From an uncultured Bacteroidia bacterium (GTDB lineage: Bacteria > Bacteroidota > Bacteroidia > Bacteroidales > Prolixibacteraceae): a stretch of 64,000 nucleotides of DNA. The stretch spans positions 18 to 64,017 of the forward strand of contig CAILKW010000142.1 of assembly GCA_903834845.1 (NCBI GenBank). The letters are read 5' to 3'. The position numbers were made by a program, and so were the translations under genes. Below are positions 9,961 through 19,097 of the stretch, piece by piece (the first letter of the stretch is position 1; each line of letters starts with the position of its first letter). The notes under the pieces are model-generated. The model saw only the letters and a program-made list of their open reading frames with translations, was not told the DNA's origin and did not search any database.

Positions 9961-10064
9961 AGAGAGCATCATTAAAAGATTTGGGCTAAAAATGGTTCGC
10001 CTTCTCTAAAATCAACCTTAATGTTGCAGAAATTTTATCAATATTAGAAAAACAAAACATTTAA
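9961..10064 (+). pseudogene. ORF6N-family 3' remnant D (shortest)
   Basis: GAGCATCATTAAAAGATTTGGGCTAAAAATGGTTCGCCTTCTCTAAAATCAACCTTAATGTTGCAGAAAT.. matches 6740-6815. It contains an internal stop. Confidence 0.7.
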
Positions 10065-10098
10065 TAATATCGGATGAATAAAACTAATTTCTCGGAGA

Positions 10099-11799
10099 AT
10101 GGTGCAGAACTATTCACGAAAGGAACAATGGGAAATATTGGATGCCAATGTAATGCCTTATCATTGGGAAGGTAAATCCAAATTTAACCACGACGCAAAA
10201 TTCCTAAGTTCATATTATGAGGAAATACTAATATTGGTGTCTTCTAAACTTAATGAGATTCATTGCACCAATAAAGGTCTTCGTTATTGGAGAATTTTTA
10301 TAGGGCCATGGTTGGCTTACTTTATTCAGATGCTGTTCGACAGATGGGAAAGTATTCATCATGCAATTGAAAAATAAGACTAAGGTGGAACTGTTGTATT
10401 GGAATTTGAGGAAGGCTCCTTCGTACCAAACGACATGAATGATTTTATTAAACTTTTTACTGAAGATAATTGGAATCATGAAATTTTCGGAATAATTCTT
10501 AAACAATATACAAAAACCAATTGCATTATTCAAAAACCATCGCACGTAGAATACACCGGTAGTTTATCCAAAAAACAATCAATAAAAAGATACACTAAAA
10601 AACAAACACGATCTTTTCTTTCTAAAATTGCATCAACATTTAAGAGGGATACCGATATGTTTTTAATAAACACTTATTTACCACTATATTTGGAAATATT
10701 GTTGCAGATTAAACTTGGACAGGTACCTCAGTTATGGAAATCCAACATCACACCTGTACGAACAAAACCAAATTTTAATTAACGGAATTGGGCTTTAAAG
10801 CATAATATGGATTCTCCTTTCGATGATTTTGTTAACCGTTTAATTCCAAAACATATTCCTGCAGTATTCTTAGAAGGATATAAAGCCATTGTCAAGCAAA
10901 CGGATGAATTATTGTGGCCCCAAAACCCAAAGGTTATCTACACAAGTAATGTATTATGGCATGATAGCGTTTCAATGGCATATACAGCCGAAAAAACTGA
11001 AAATGGAGCCGGACTTTTATATGGACAGCATGGCGGCTTTTACGGCTCGGCTCTTTACAGTTGGGCAGAAAGACATGAAATTGAAATAAGTGATAAGTAT
11101 TTAACATGGGGTTGGGATGAATTATTACAACCGAAAATAATTCCAACCGGTGTTTTAAAAACTGCCTCCTGGTACAATAATGCTGTTGATTTAAAAAAAA
11201 ATAAAACAAAAAAGCTCTTATTAGTACTGGTATCCACATCAATGTAAAGCTACAGAATTGATAGCGATCCTAAATCCGCAGAATTGATTCAACGTTTTGA
11301 GGAACACTTTCTATTTGTGAAATCGCTCCCAAAAACAATACAAAATCAAATCACTGTTCGGCTTCATAGAAATGAATATGGATGGTATATTGATAAACGG
11401 TGGAAAGATCAATTTTCAGATATTGTATTGGATGATGGTACTTCGAATATGGACCACCTTATGAGAAACAGCCGAATATTCGTCTATACATACAACTCAA
11501 CCGGATATTTAGAATCCTTATCTTGGAATATACCAACACTAATTTTTTGGAATTTAGATTCAAGTCCCCTGAGAGATGATGCAATGCCTTATTATAACAG
11601 GCTTAAAGAAGCAGGTATATTTCACCAAACCCCTCAATCTGCTGCTGCAAAGGTGGCTGAAATCTGGGATGTTGTACCAACATGGTGGAATCAACAGGAA
11701 ATTCAGGAGGCAAGAGAGTTATTCTGTTATCGCTTTGCACGTACCATTAGTAATCCTACGACAGTTCTAAAAAGTATTTTGCTGTCAATTAAAGAATGA
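10099..11799 (+). pseudogene. Putative polysaccharide-locus transferase (LIC12162-family-like, name from memory) inactivated by four in-frame TAA codons
   Basis: ORFs 10099..10377, 10399..10782, 10807..11247 and 11284..11799 are all in the same frame. They are separated only by TAA at 10375, 10381, 10780 and 11245, with no frameshift. Confidence 0.6.
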
Positions 11800-11958
11800 T
11801 AACACAATCGCTAAAAAACGTTATGTTGCCAAACTATCTGCAAATCTTGTGGGCATGGCGGTAGGTTTGGTTACAGCTACATAAACAAAAGTCGGTCTAT
11901 TGATAAACTTCGGAATAAAAAAGTTTTATAATACAAAAGATTCGTAAAATAAAGAAAA

Positions 11959-12022
11959 TGTCCATGTCCACAGATTACCACATAAAATAAAAAAATCTGT
12001 GCTACTCTGTGTAATCGGTGAC
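11959..12022. repeat. Palindromic word-repeat element (CACAGAT family), imperfect
   Basis: TGTCCACAGATTAC (11965-11978) ... A-run ... GTAATCGGTGACA (12010-12022). Same layout as 511-580. Confidence 0.55.
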
Positions 12023-12113
12023 AAAAAAAAGCCGACAATATATCCACCAACATAAAAAGCAACAAAGTTATAATAATATCGTTGCAAGAGTTATCAGAAA
12101 ATTAAATTACTAT

Positions 12114-13571
12114 ATGAAACAAATCGAAAAACTTAAATATTTTTTTAGTGAAAAAATAATTCTTCATCCAATTCTAATTGGAATTTTGTTCATAACAACG
12201 TCATTATATTCTAACTGGTTGATTTCTACAAGTAATAATAAATTATTTTTTATTGTATTGGTTATGGTTTTTTGTGTTGCTGTTAATAGACTATCCAGAT
12301 CTTTGGTTAGAAATAGAATAAAAGCCTCACTTATCGCAACTTTATTTATTACAATTAATCTCTATTACAAGTATATTGAAAAAATATTATCTGAATTTAG
12401 CCTCTTTAAATGGTTTATGGATTTATTTATAAATGAAAGGTTTGGATGGTTTATTTTTGCTTCAATATACATTAGTTTTTTAGCTGTAGCTTTTATAATT
12501 AGCAAAACAAGAAAAAAACTTTTCAGTCTCAATCTTTACCTAAATGTGGTAATTAGCTTGTTTTTAGCTTACGAAGTCGGTAGTATAATCTTTACAAAGC
12601 CCTTCAATGTTGAATTAGTTAATACACCAAAACAGCAAGAAAAAAAATTAATTAATTCCTTGATTCTGGATAAACCCAACGTTTACTTTATAATATTAGA
12701 TGCTTACACAAGCTCTGAAAGTTTAAAAAAGTATTGGGCCTATGACAATTCTTCTTTCGAAAATTCACTCACTAAAATGGGCTTTTTCGTTACACATACC
12801 AGTAAATCAGATTATGATTTTACACCTTACTGCATGGCATCATACTTAAATATGTCTTTAATAAAAGTTTATAACATCCAATTGTTATCTCAAAGATGGA
12901 ATTGGCAAAAAGACCACGTTCTTAAATTAATAGAGAATAGTAGCCTTATTCAGCAATTTGTATCTTCAGGTTACAAATTTATTAATTATTCCATATTCAA
13001 TATCGGAAACGACAAAGCACTTTTTTATACTCCCTTTCCAAAAGGGAATGAACCCATAGCTGTTTTTTTTCAACAAACAATTTATCCATATATCAATTAT
13101 AAAATTAAACGATTCACTCAGTCCTCAGAACAATTCCCATCCTATCCAAATCTAAAATTTTTCAAGCTATTAAGTGAAAAATACCCATTGAAAAGTGAAG
13201 TTCCAAAGTTCTATTATGCGCATATTTTAATGCCACACCAGCCATTTGAATATGATGAAAACGGAAACAAAATGAGTTATGAATACAGTACTTTAATAAA
13301 AAATGATAGTTATCTAAAACTATTACGCTATACAAATTCAATGGTTATTAAAACAATACAAAATATCCTGACTAATGAAAAGAAGAAGCCTTTTATAATT
13401 ATTCAAGGTGATCACGGTTATCGTTTTTTAGAAAATGTTGATACTAAAATTCAAAAAACTGAAGGTCATACAATTTTCAGTGCTTATCTCTACCCCAACG
13501 AACTTAAGATACAACTAAATGATTCAATTAAACCAATCGAGGCACTTTCATTATTATTTGATGAGAAATGA
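12114..13571 (+). CDS. Membrane-anchored sulfatase-like (alkaline-phosphatase superfamily) transferase/hydrolase
   Basis: Multi-TM N-terminal half followed by FIILDAYTSSESL, LMPHQPF and IIIQGDHGYRF core motifs. Start at ATG 12114 is preferred over the word-repeat-derived upstream extension. Confidence 0.65.
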   Translation: MKQIEKLKYFFSEKIILHPILIGILFITTSLYSNWLISTSNNKLFFIVLVMVFCVAVNRLSRSLVRNRIKASLIATLFITINLYYKYIEKILSEFSLFKWFMDLFINERFGWFIFASIYISFLAVAFIISKTRKKLFSLNLYLNVVISLFLAYEVGSIIFTKPFNVELVNTPKQQEKKLINSLILDKPNVYFIILDAYTSSESLKKYWAYDNSSFENSLTKMGFFVTHTSKSDYDFTPYCMASYLNMSLIKVYNIQLLSQRWNWQKDHVLKLIENSSLIQQFVSSGYKFINYSIFNIGNDKALFYTPFPKGNEPIAVFFQQTIYPYINYKIKRFTQSSEQFPSYPNLKFFKLLSEKYPLKSEVPKFYYAHILMPHQPFEYDENGNKMSYEYSTLIKNDSYLKLLRYTNSMVIKTIQNILTNEKKKPFIIIQGDHGYRFLENVDTKIQKTEGHTIFSAYLYPNELKIQLNDSIKPIEALSLLFDEK

Positions 13572-13624
13572 TCACAAAATTTACTTACCATAAATTATTA
13601 AAAACAAATATAATTTAAAATCCA

Positions 13625-14398
13625 ATGAAAGTTCTGATCTTAGCAGGAGGCCTTGGCTCACGGCTCTCAGAAGAAACAACCCTAAGGCCAAAACCAATGG
13701 TAGAAATTGGTGGAAAACCAATTCTTTGGCACATTATGAAAATATATTCACATTTTGGGTATAACGAATTTATCATTCTGTGTGGTTACAAAGGATATAT
13801 GATCAAAGAATTTTTCTCCCATTATTTTCTTCATACATCCGATATGACAATTGACATGACAACCAATACAATTACCCATCATAATAATCATTGCGAACCA
13901 TGGAAAGTAACCCTTGTGGATACAGGGCTCGACACAATGACTGGTGGGCGTATTAAAAAGGTACGGGATTATATTGGTAACGTACCCTTTATGCTTACTT
14001 ATGGTGATGGTGTTGGAGATGTTGATATTTCTAAGCTGGTTAAATATCATCAATCTCACGGTAAAGCAATAACAATGACCGCTGTACAACCTGAAGGAAG
14101 GTATGGTTCTTTGGTTCTTAACGAAAATGAAGAGGTAACCTCATTTCAGGAAAAACCAAAGGGAGATGGTGCATGGATCAATGCAGGTTATTTTGTTTGC
14201 CAACCTGAAGTATTCGACTATATTCCAGATGGAGATCAAATTATTTTTGAACGAGAACCTTTGGAAGGTTTAGCAAGTGCCTGTCAACTTCAAGCTTATA
14301 AACATGACGGATTATGGAAACCCATGGATACCCAACGCGACAAAAGCCAATTGGAAGATTTGATTGAAAAAGGGAAAGCGCCCTGGATACGCTGGTAG
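13625..14398 (+). CDS. rfbF: Glucose-1-phosphate cytidylyltransferase
   Basis: MKVLILAGGLGSRLSEETTLRPKPMVEIGGKPILWHIMKIYS.. at 257 aa is the typical RfbF/DdhA signature and length. Confidence 0.9.
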   Translation: MKVLILAGGLGSRLSEETTLRPKPMVEIGGKPILWHIMKIYSHFGYNEFIILCGYKGYMIKEFFSHYFLHTSDMTIDMTTNTITHHNNHCEPWKVTLVDTGLDTMTGGRIKKVRDYIGNVPFMLTYGDGVGDVDISKLVKYHQSHGKAITMTAVQPEGRYGSLVLNENEEVTSFQEKPKGDGAWINAGYFVCQPEVFDYIPDGDQIIFEREPLEGLASACQLQAYKHDGLWKPMDTQRDKSQLEDLIEKGKAPWIRW

Positions 14399-14445
14399 CG
14401 ATTACGAATTACACGAATTAAAACGAATTTTACGAACAAATTACA
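14399..14445. repeat. ACGAATT/AATTCGT word array (spacer after rfbF)
   Basis: ATTACGAATTACACGAATTAAAACGAATTTTACGAAC holds three ACGAATT words at 9-11 nt spacing. It is followed by CACAG-type words and an 8-bp hairpin (AAAGCACT..AGTGCTTT, about 14491-14520). Confidence 0.7.
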
Positions 14446-14550
14446 CAGTGTCACACAGAAAAAAAAGCACCGTGTCACACAATGTAGTTAAAAAGCACTC
14501 AGTTAAACTCAGTGCTTTCACTGAGATACCTTGTTCAACGAACACTTAAC

Positions 14551-15627
14551 ATGGAAAATCTTTTTGATAGAATATTTACCAATCGCAAGGTTTTGATCAC
14601 AGGGCATACCGGTTTTAAAGGATCGTGGTTGTGTTTATTATTGAATAAATTGGGTGCTGATGTTTTTGGTTATGCGTTAGACCCTCCTACTAACCCTAGT
14701 TTGTTCGTGGAAGCAAAAATTAACGAAATCATGACTTCCTTTATCGGCGATATTCGTGATTACGAAAATCTATTCAAAGTCATTCAGCAAGTTCAACCTG
14801 AAATTGTTATCCACATGGCTGCGCAACCGTTGGTTAGGGAATCATACAAGAAACCTGTTGAAACCTATGCGATCAATGTGATGGGAACAGTACACTTTCT
14901 TGAAGCATGTCGGCATACAAAAAGTGTAAAGGCCATTGTAAATGTAACAACCGACAAATGTTACGCAAATAAAGAGTGGCATTGGGGTTATCGTGAAAAT
15001 GAGCCAATGGGAGGTTACGATCCTTATTCAAACAGCAAAGGATGTTCGGAGCTTGTAACTTCTTCGTACCGCAATTCGTATTTTAATCCTGCAAAATACT
15101 CCGAACATGGTGTGGCTGTCGCTTCAGCTCGTGCAGGTAATGTTATTGGAGGTGGCGATTGGGCTAATGACAGACTTATCCCAGATTTTATCCGCTCCAT
15201 ATCCCAAGGTGAAAAAGTAAAAATCCGCAGTCCTTTTGCAATTCGTCCATGGCAACATGTATTAGAACCTTTAACAGGCTACCTTACTTTAGCTGCAAAA
15301 CTATTTACCGAAGGCGTAAAATATGCCGAGGGGTGGAACTTCGGACCCGATGATGAAGATGCCAAAAACGTGGAGTGGATCACATTAACAATCTGCGAAC
15401 TTTGGGGTGAGGGTGCCTCTTTCAGCATCGACAAAGACCCTCAGCTCCACGAGGCCAATTACCTGAAACTAGACTGTTCAAAATCTAAAGCCGAACTGGA
15501 TTGGACTCCCAAATGGAACATCCAAACAACTTTACAATCCATCGTAGAGTGGAACAAAGCTTATTTGCGTGGTGAAAACATGCGTACAGTATCGGAATAC
15601 CAAATAAATCAATATTATAACAATTAA
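14551..15627 (+). CDS. rfbG: CDP-glucose 4,6-dehydratase
   Basis: VLITGHTGFKGSWL Rossmann start, YSNSKGCSE (YxxxK) and about 358 aa. Start at ATG 14551 (MENLFDR). Confidence 0.9.
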   Translation: MENLFDRIFTNRKVLITGHTGFKGSWLCLLLNKLGADVFGYALDPPTNPSLFVEAKINEIMTSFIGDIRDYENLFKVIQQVQPEIVIHMAAQPLVRESYKKPVETYAINVMGTVHFLEACRHTKSVKAIVNVTTDKCYANKEWHWGYRENEPMGGYDPYSNSKGCSELVTSSYRNSYFNPAKYSEHGVAVASARAGNVIGGGDWANDRLIPDFIRSISQGEKVKIRSPFAIRPWQHVLEPLTGYLTLAAKLFTEGVKYAEGWNFGPDDEDAKNVEWITLTICELWGEGASFSIDKDPQLHEANYLKLDCSKSKAELDWTPKWNIQTTLQSIVEWNKAYLRGENMRTVSEYQINQYYNN

Positions 15628-15686
15628 AAACGAACCACTTCGTGTAATTCGTAATAATTCGTGTAATTCGTATAATTCGTAACAAT
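15628..15686. repeat. AATTCGT word array
   Basis: Four AATTCGT words start at 15646, 15656, 15665 and 15674, a 9-10 nt phasing. They lie immediately upstream of the antitoxin-like ORF. Confidence 0.8.
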
Positions 15687-15941
15687 ATGTTGGCAATAAA
15701 AGCAAATTATCATAATGGCATAATTACTTTTCTCGAAGCCATGCCAGAGAAAGTAAGGAATGCACGGTTGACCATTGTAGTGGAACCGGAGGAACAGGAC
15801 AATAGTTTTATCCCATCACAAGATTTTAAAAGTACACAAATTGATAGTGAAGTTGAATTTGAAGCCATGGGACTGAGTGCGCTTTTTGATGACGAAAACG
15901 ATAAAAACATTAATTGGGAGGATTATTTTGGACTCAAATAA
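15687..15941 (+). CDS. Small antitoxin-like protein (DUF104-like N-terminus)
   Basis: 84 aa, MLAIKANYHNGIITFLEAMPEKVRNARLTIVVEPE resembles the i.A.Y.NG.i..LE.. antitoxin family, with an acidic tail. Lies upstream of and overlapping a MazF-like module. Confidence 0.5.
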   Translation: MLAIKANYHNGIITFLEAMPEKVRNARLTIVVEPEEQDNSFIPSQDFKSTQIDSEVEFEAMGLSALFDDENDKNINWEDYFGLK

Positions 15942-16284
15942 ATTCAACATCGGCGAAATTGTCTTGATCGATTTCCCCTATTCTAATCTAAAAGGCTCTA
16001 AATATAGGCCTGCTGTTATCATTGGAGTAACTGACATTCAGAACGATTTAATCGTTGCATTTGTTACATCAGAAATTGAAAATTATAGTTGGAGCGAATA
16101 TGCTGTTAAGTTCAGCCAGGCACATTTACAATCTGGTACAATTAAACAAGAAAGTATCATACGCTGCGACAAAATGATCACCATCAGTCCGCAACGTATT
16201 TCACTCAGAAAAGTTGGGACATTAAAGAAAACAAAAACTGCAGAAGTTCTCCGGAAATTGTCTCGAATCAGTGTCAATGGGGTA
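15877..16284 (+). CDS. MazF/PemK-like toxin module with no stop codon, continuing in frame into rfbH
   Basis: NIGEIVLIDFPYSNLKGSKYRPAVIIGV... is the MazF/PemK N-terminal signature. Possible starts are ATG 15877, ATG 15889 and TTG 15928. The frame runs uninterrupted into ATG 16285. Confidence 0.6.
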
Positions 16285-17550
16285 ATGGAAACAATTCATG
16301 CCAAACAAGACTTTATCCCTGGCAAATCACGGGTTAATTATGCCGGACGTGTATTCGATGAGAAAGAAATCAACAACGCTGTCAATGCTTCTCTTGATTT
16401 CTGGCTCACTGAAGGACGTTTCTCTGAAGAATTCTCCGAAAAGATTGCAGAATTTATAGGTGTGGAACATGTATTATTGACCAATTCGGGTTCTTCAGCC
16501 AATTTGCTTGCGTTCTCGGCACTGACTTCCGAAAAACTTGGCGACAAACGATTACGTCCGGGAGATGAAGTGGTATCAGTTGCAGCCGGGTTTCCTGCTA
16601 CCGTTACGCCGATTATCCAAAATGGTTTGGTTCCTGTGTTTGTTGATGTTGAGATACCTACCTACAATATTGATGTAGAGATGATGCGTAAAGCGATCAC
16701 GCTTAAAACCAGATGTATCTTTATTGCACATACCTTGGGGAATCCATTCAATATCGATGCCGTAATGCAATTGGCCAAAGAACACGATTTGTGGGTAATC
16801 GAAGACAATTGCGATGCATTTGGAAGTGAGTACAACGGTAAGAAGACGGGATCTTTTGCTCATCTTTCAACCATATCCTTCTATCCTGCCCATCATATCA
16901 CCACAGGCGAAGGAGGTGCAATTTGTACAAATGATCCTCAATTGGCTCAATTAGTTCGTGCTTTCCGCGACTGGGGACGTGATTGCTATTGTGCAGGCGG
17001 TGAAAACAACACTTGCGGCAAACGTTTCTCGCAGTTGTTTGGAAACCTTCCTTTCGGATTCGATCATAAATATGTTTATTCCGAAATTGGTTATAACCTA
17101 AAGATGACAGATATACAAGCTGCAATTGGTGTAGAACAAATCGAAAAACTACCATATTTCTGCGAACGCCGGAAAGCAAATTTTCAGGAATGGGAACGAA
17201 TTTTCACGAAGTATCATGATTACTTTATTTTGCCGAAAGCAACCGAACGAGCCGATCCGGCATGGTTTGCATTTATTGTAACTCTTAAGGAAACCGCTCC
17301 TTTTAAACGTGATGATTTAACAGGTCACCTAAATGCAAAGCTAATTGAAACCCGTAATCTGTTTGCAGGCAACATCACCAAACAACCAGGCTTCATGGGC
17401 AAAAACTGGCGCATTGCCGATCATTTGAATAATACTGACTACATAATGAATAACACTTTCTTCCTTGGTACATACCCTGGACTAACGAAAGATATGTTTG
17501 ATTATGCTGAAGGCGTACTCGATTCATTTGTTCAAGATTTCACGAATTAG
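16285..17550 (+). CDS. rfbH: CDP-6-deoxy-D-xylo-4-hexulose 3-dehydrase (E1, RfbH/DdhC)
   Basis: From METIHAKQDFIPGKSRVNYAGRVFDEKEINNAVNASLDFWLTEGRF.. for about 421 aa. DegT-type PLP/PMP fold with the RfbH-typical N-terminus. It is part of the composite ORF 15877..17550. Confidence 0.85.
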   Translation: METIHAKQDFIPGKSRVNYAGRVFDEKEINNAVNASLDFWLTEGRFSEEFSEKIAEFIGVEHVLLTNSGSSANLLAFSALTSEKLGDKRLRPGDEVVSVAAGFPATVTPIIQNGLVPVFVDVEIPTYNIDVEMMRKAITLKTRCIFIAHTLGNPFNIDAVMQLAKEHDLWVIEDNCDAFGSEYNGKKTGSFAHLSTISFYPAHHITTGEGGAICTNDPQLAQLVRAFRDWGRDCYCAGGENNTCGKRFSQLFGNLPFGFDHKYVYSEIGYNLKMTDIQAAIGVEQIEKLPYFCERRKANFQEWERIFTKYHDYFILPKATERADPAWFAFIVTLKETAPFKRDDLTGHLNAKLIETRNLFAGNITKQPGFMGKNWRIADHLNNTDYIMNNTFFLGTYPGLTKDMFDYAEGVLDSFVQDFTN

Positions 17551-17570
17551 GACGAATTACACGAATCGAA

Positions 17571-17945
17571 ATGCCAGAGATTATCTACAAAGAAGAAAGC
17601 TACAAGATCATAGGGGCATGTATGGAAGTCCATAAAAAGCTTGGTTGTGGGTTTCTTGAAAGTGTATATTCTGAGGCACTCGAAATAGAATTTAAGAAGT
17701 CCGAAATACCCTACGAGCGTGAAAAAAAATTGCCCGTATTTTATGGAGACGTTCCGCTTAAAAAGTATTTCAAAGCCGACTTCGTTTGTTATAATTCAAT
17801 CATCCTTGAACTGAAGGCAACAAAGTTTATTATTGAAGCTGATCACCGTCAAACGGTTAATAATGTAAAAGCCACCAAATTTCAACTTGGTTTGCTTATC
17901 AATTTCGGTACTCCATCATTGACCTATAAACGAATCGTCAATTAG
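17571..17945 (+). CDS. GxxExxY protein (PD-(D/E)XK-like small nuclease-fold family)
   Basis: 124 aa with GCGFLESVY (G-x-x-E-x-x-Y) and D...ELK (ADFVCYNSIILELKA). Flanked on both sides by ACGAATT/AATTCGT words. Confidence 0.8.
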   Translation: MPEIIYKEESYKIIGACMEVHKKLGCGFLESVYSEALEIEFKKSEIPYEREKKLPVFYGDVPLKKYFKADFVCYNSIILELKATKFIIEADHRQTVNNVKATKFQLGLLINFGTPSLTYKRIVN

Positions 17946-17978
17946 TCTAATTCGTGTTCGTGTTATTCGTTTAAATTC

Positions 17979-18671
17979 ATGAAATCAATGCTACAAAAAA
18001 AATATAAATCAGCTGTTGTATCCGTAATAAATCCATTCTCAGGTATCTATACTTTGGAAATTAAATCCTTGGGAAACAAATTCAAATACTCGCCTGGCCA
18101 ATTTCTTCACATTGCGATTGATTCAGATTACGATGGTACCAGCCAATGGCCCGATTCCCGATGTTTCTCGATGCAAAGCAATCCCGACGAAGAAACCATC
18201 CGGATTACTTATGCGGTAAAGGGATCATTTACCAAACAGATGGAACAAAACTTTAAAGTAGGTTCCGAAGTCTGGTTGAAACTACCTTATGGCGATTTGT
18301 TTTCCCAGCCACACAACAAAATTAATACTGTATTTATTGCTGGCGGCACAGGCATCACCCCGTTCCTCTCCCTTTTTACACACGAATCTTTCAACGAATA
18401 CCTCAACCCAAAAATTTACCTCGGGTTTCGTTCCCAGTCTTACAACATATATCAGGATGAACTCGTCAGTTCGAGAAATTCGTCAAAATTCGTGAAATTG
18501 TATAACGAGGACACCGATGGAATTATTGACATCCAAAGCATCTTCAACGAGAATGGCCCGGAACCCAATTATTTTATCTCCGGACCACCGGCAATGATTA
18601 AAGCCTTCAAAAACACGCTGATCGGTAAAAAAGTTCCAGCAGGAAATATACTTACCGATGATTGGGAGTAA
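17979..18671 (+). CDS. FNR-like FAD/NAD(P)-binding oxidoreductase, candidate E3 reductase for RfbH (lacks a ferredoxin domain)
   Basis: 230 aa. FLHIAIDS..RCFSM (FAD-binding RxxS-like) and VFIAGGTGITPFLS (NAD-binding). Sits directly after rfbH. Confidence 0.7.
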   Translation: MKSMLQKKYKSAVVSVINPFSGIYTLEIKSLGNKFKYSPGQFLHIAIDSDYDGTSQWPDSRCFSMQSNPDEETIRITYAVKGSFTKQMEQNFKVGSEVWLKLPYGDLFSQPHNKINTVFIAGGTGITPFLSLFTHESFNEYLNPKIYLGFRSQSYNIYQDELVSSRNSSKFVKLYNEDTDGIIDIQSIFNENGPEPNYFISGPPAMIKAFKNTLIGKKVPAGNILTDDWE

Positions 18672-18747
18672 CATTCGTGAAATTCATCAAAGTTCATTGA
18701 TTTTTTTTCCCTTGATAAGGGCAACAATTCTCAATTTATTATTTCAC

Positions 18748-18755
18748 TAACTTTG
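18748..18755 (+). promoter_or_regulatory. Bacteroidota -7 promoter-like motif TAnnTTTG
   Basis: TAACTTTG lies 22 nt upstream of ATG 18777. The motif is short and the DNA is AT-rich, so a chance match is quite possible. Confidence 0.25.
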
Positions 18756-18776
18756 TAAAACAACAATGAAACCAGA

Positions 18777-19097
18777 ATGACGAGCAGTGACAGAGAAATA
18801 TTAAGCCAAAAACTGATTTCATGCAAAAGCTTTTGGTCTTTTAAAATACCACAGGAAATCCCTGATGATATTTTAATTGAAAAAACTCTGATATACCTTG
18901 ATCTGGTGGATATTAATGTATTGTTTAAACTATTTTCATCAAAAAAGATAAAACATATTTGGCGGTCCCGTGTCGTGATTCAGGACGATTATTACCATAC
19001 GCTAAATAAACTGCTTGCATGGATGTATTTTGAAATAAAAAACCCAGACCGTTACATAAAAATAACAATTCGTAACCACATTAACCATCTTTCATGA
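18777..19097 (+). CDS. Small protein upstream of an AbiEii-type NTase, putative cognate antitoxin
   Basis: 106 aa. SFWSFKIPQEIPDDILIEKTLIYLDLVDINVLFKLF resembles the LFWDvd..ld...fIIeRvL.yG family that I recall upstream of such NTases. The stop overlaps the next start (ATGA). Confidence 0.45.
   Translation: MTSSDREILSQKLISCKSFWSFKIPQEIPDDILIEKTLIYLDLVDINVLFKLFSSKKIKHIWRSRVVIQDDYYHTLNKLLAWMYFEIKNPDRYIKITIRNHINHLS

Noticed and set aside
11805-11890. Possible remnant of a flippase (wzx-like) N-terminus (..IAKKRYVAKLSANLVGMAVGLVTAT*)
   Set aside because: Only about 25 codons and a generic amphipathic or hydrophobic pattern. I cannot distinguish it from chance without a database search.
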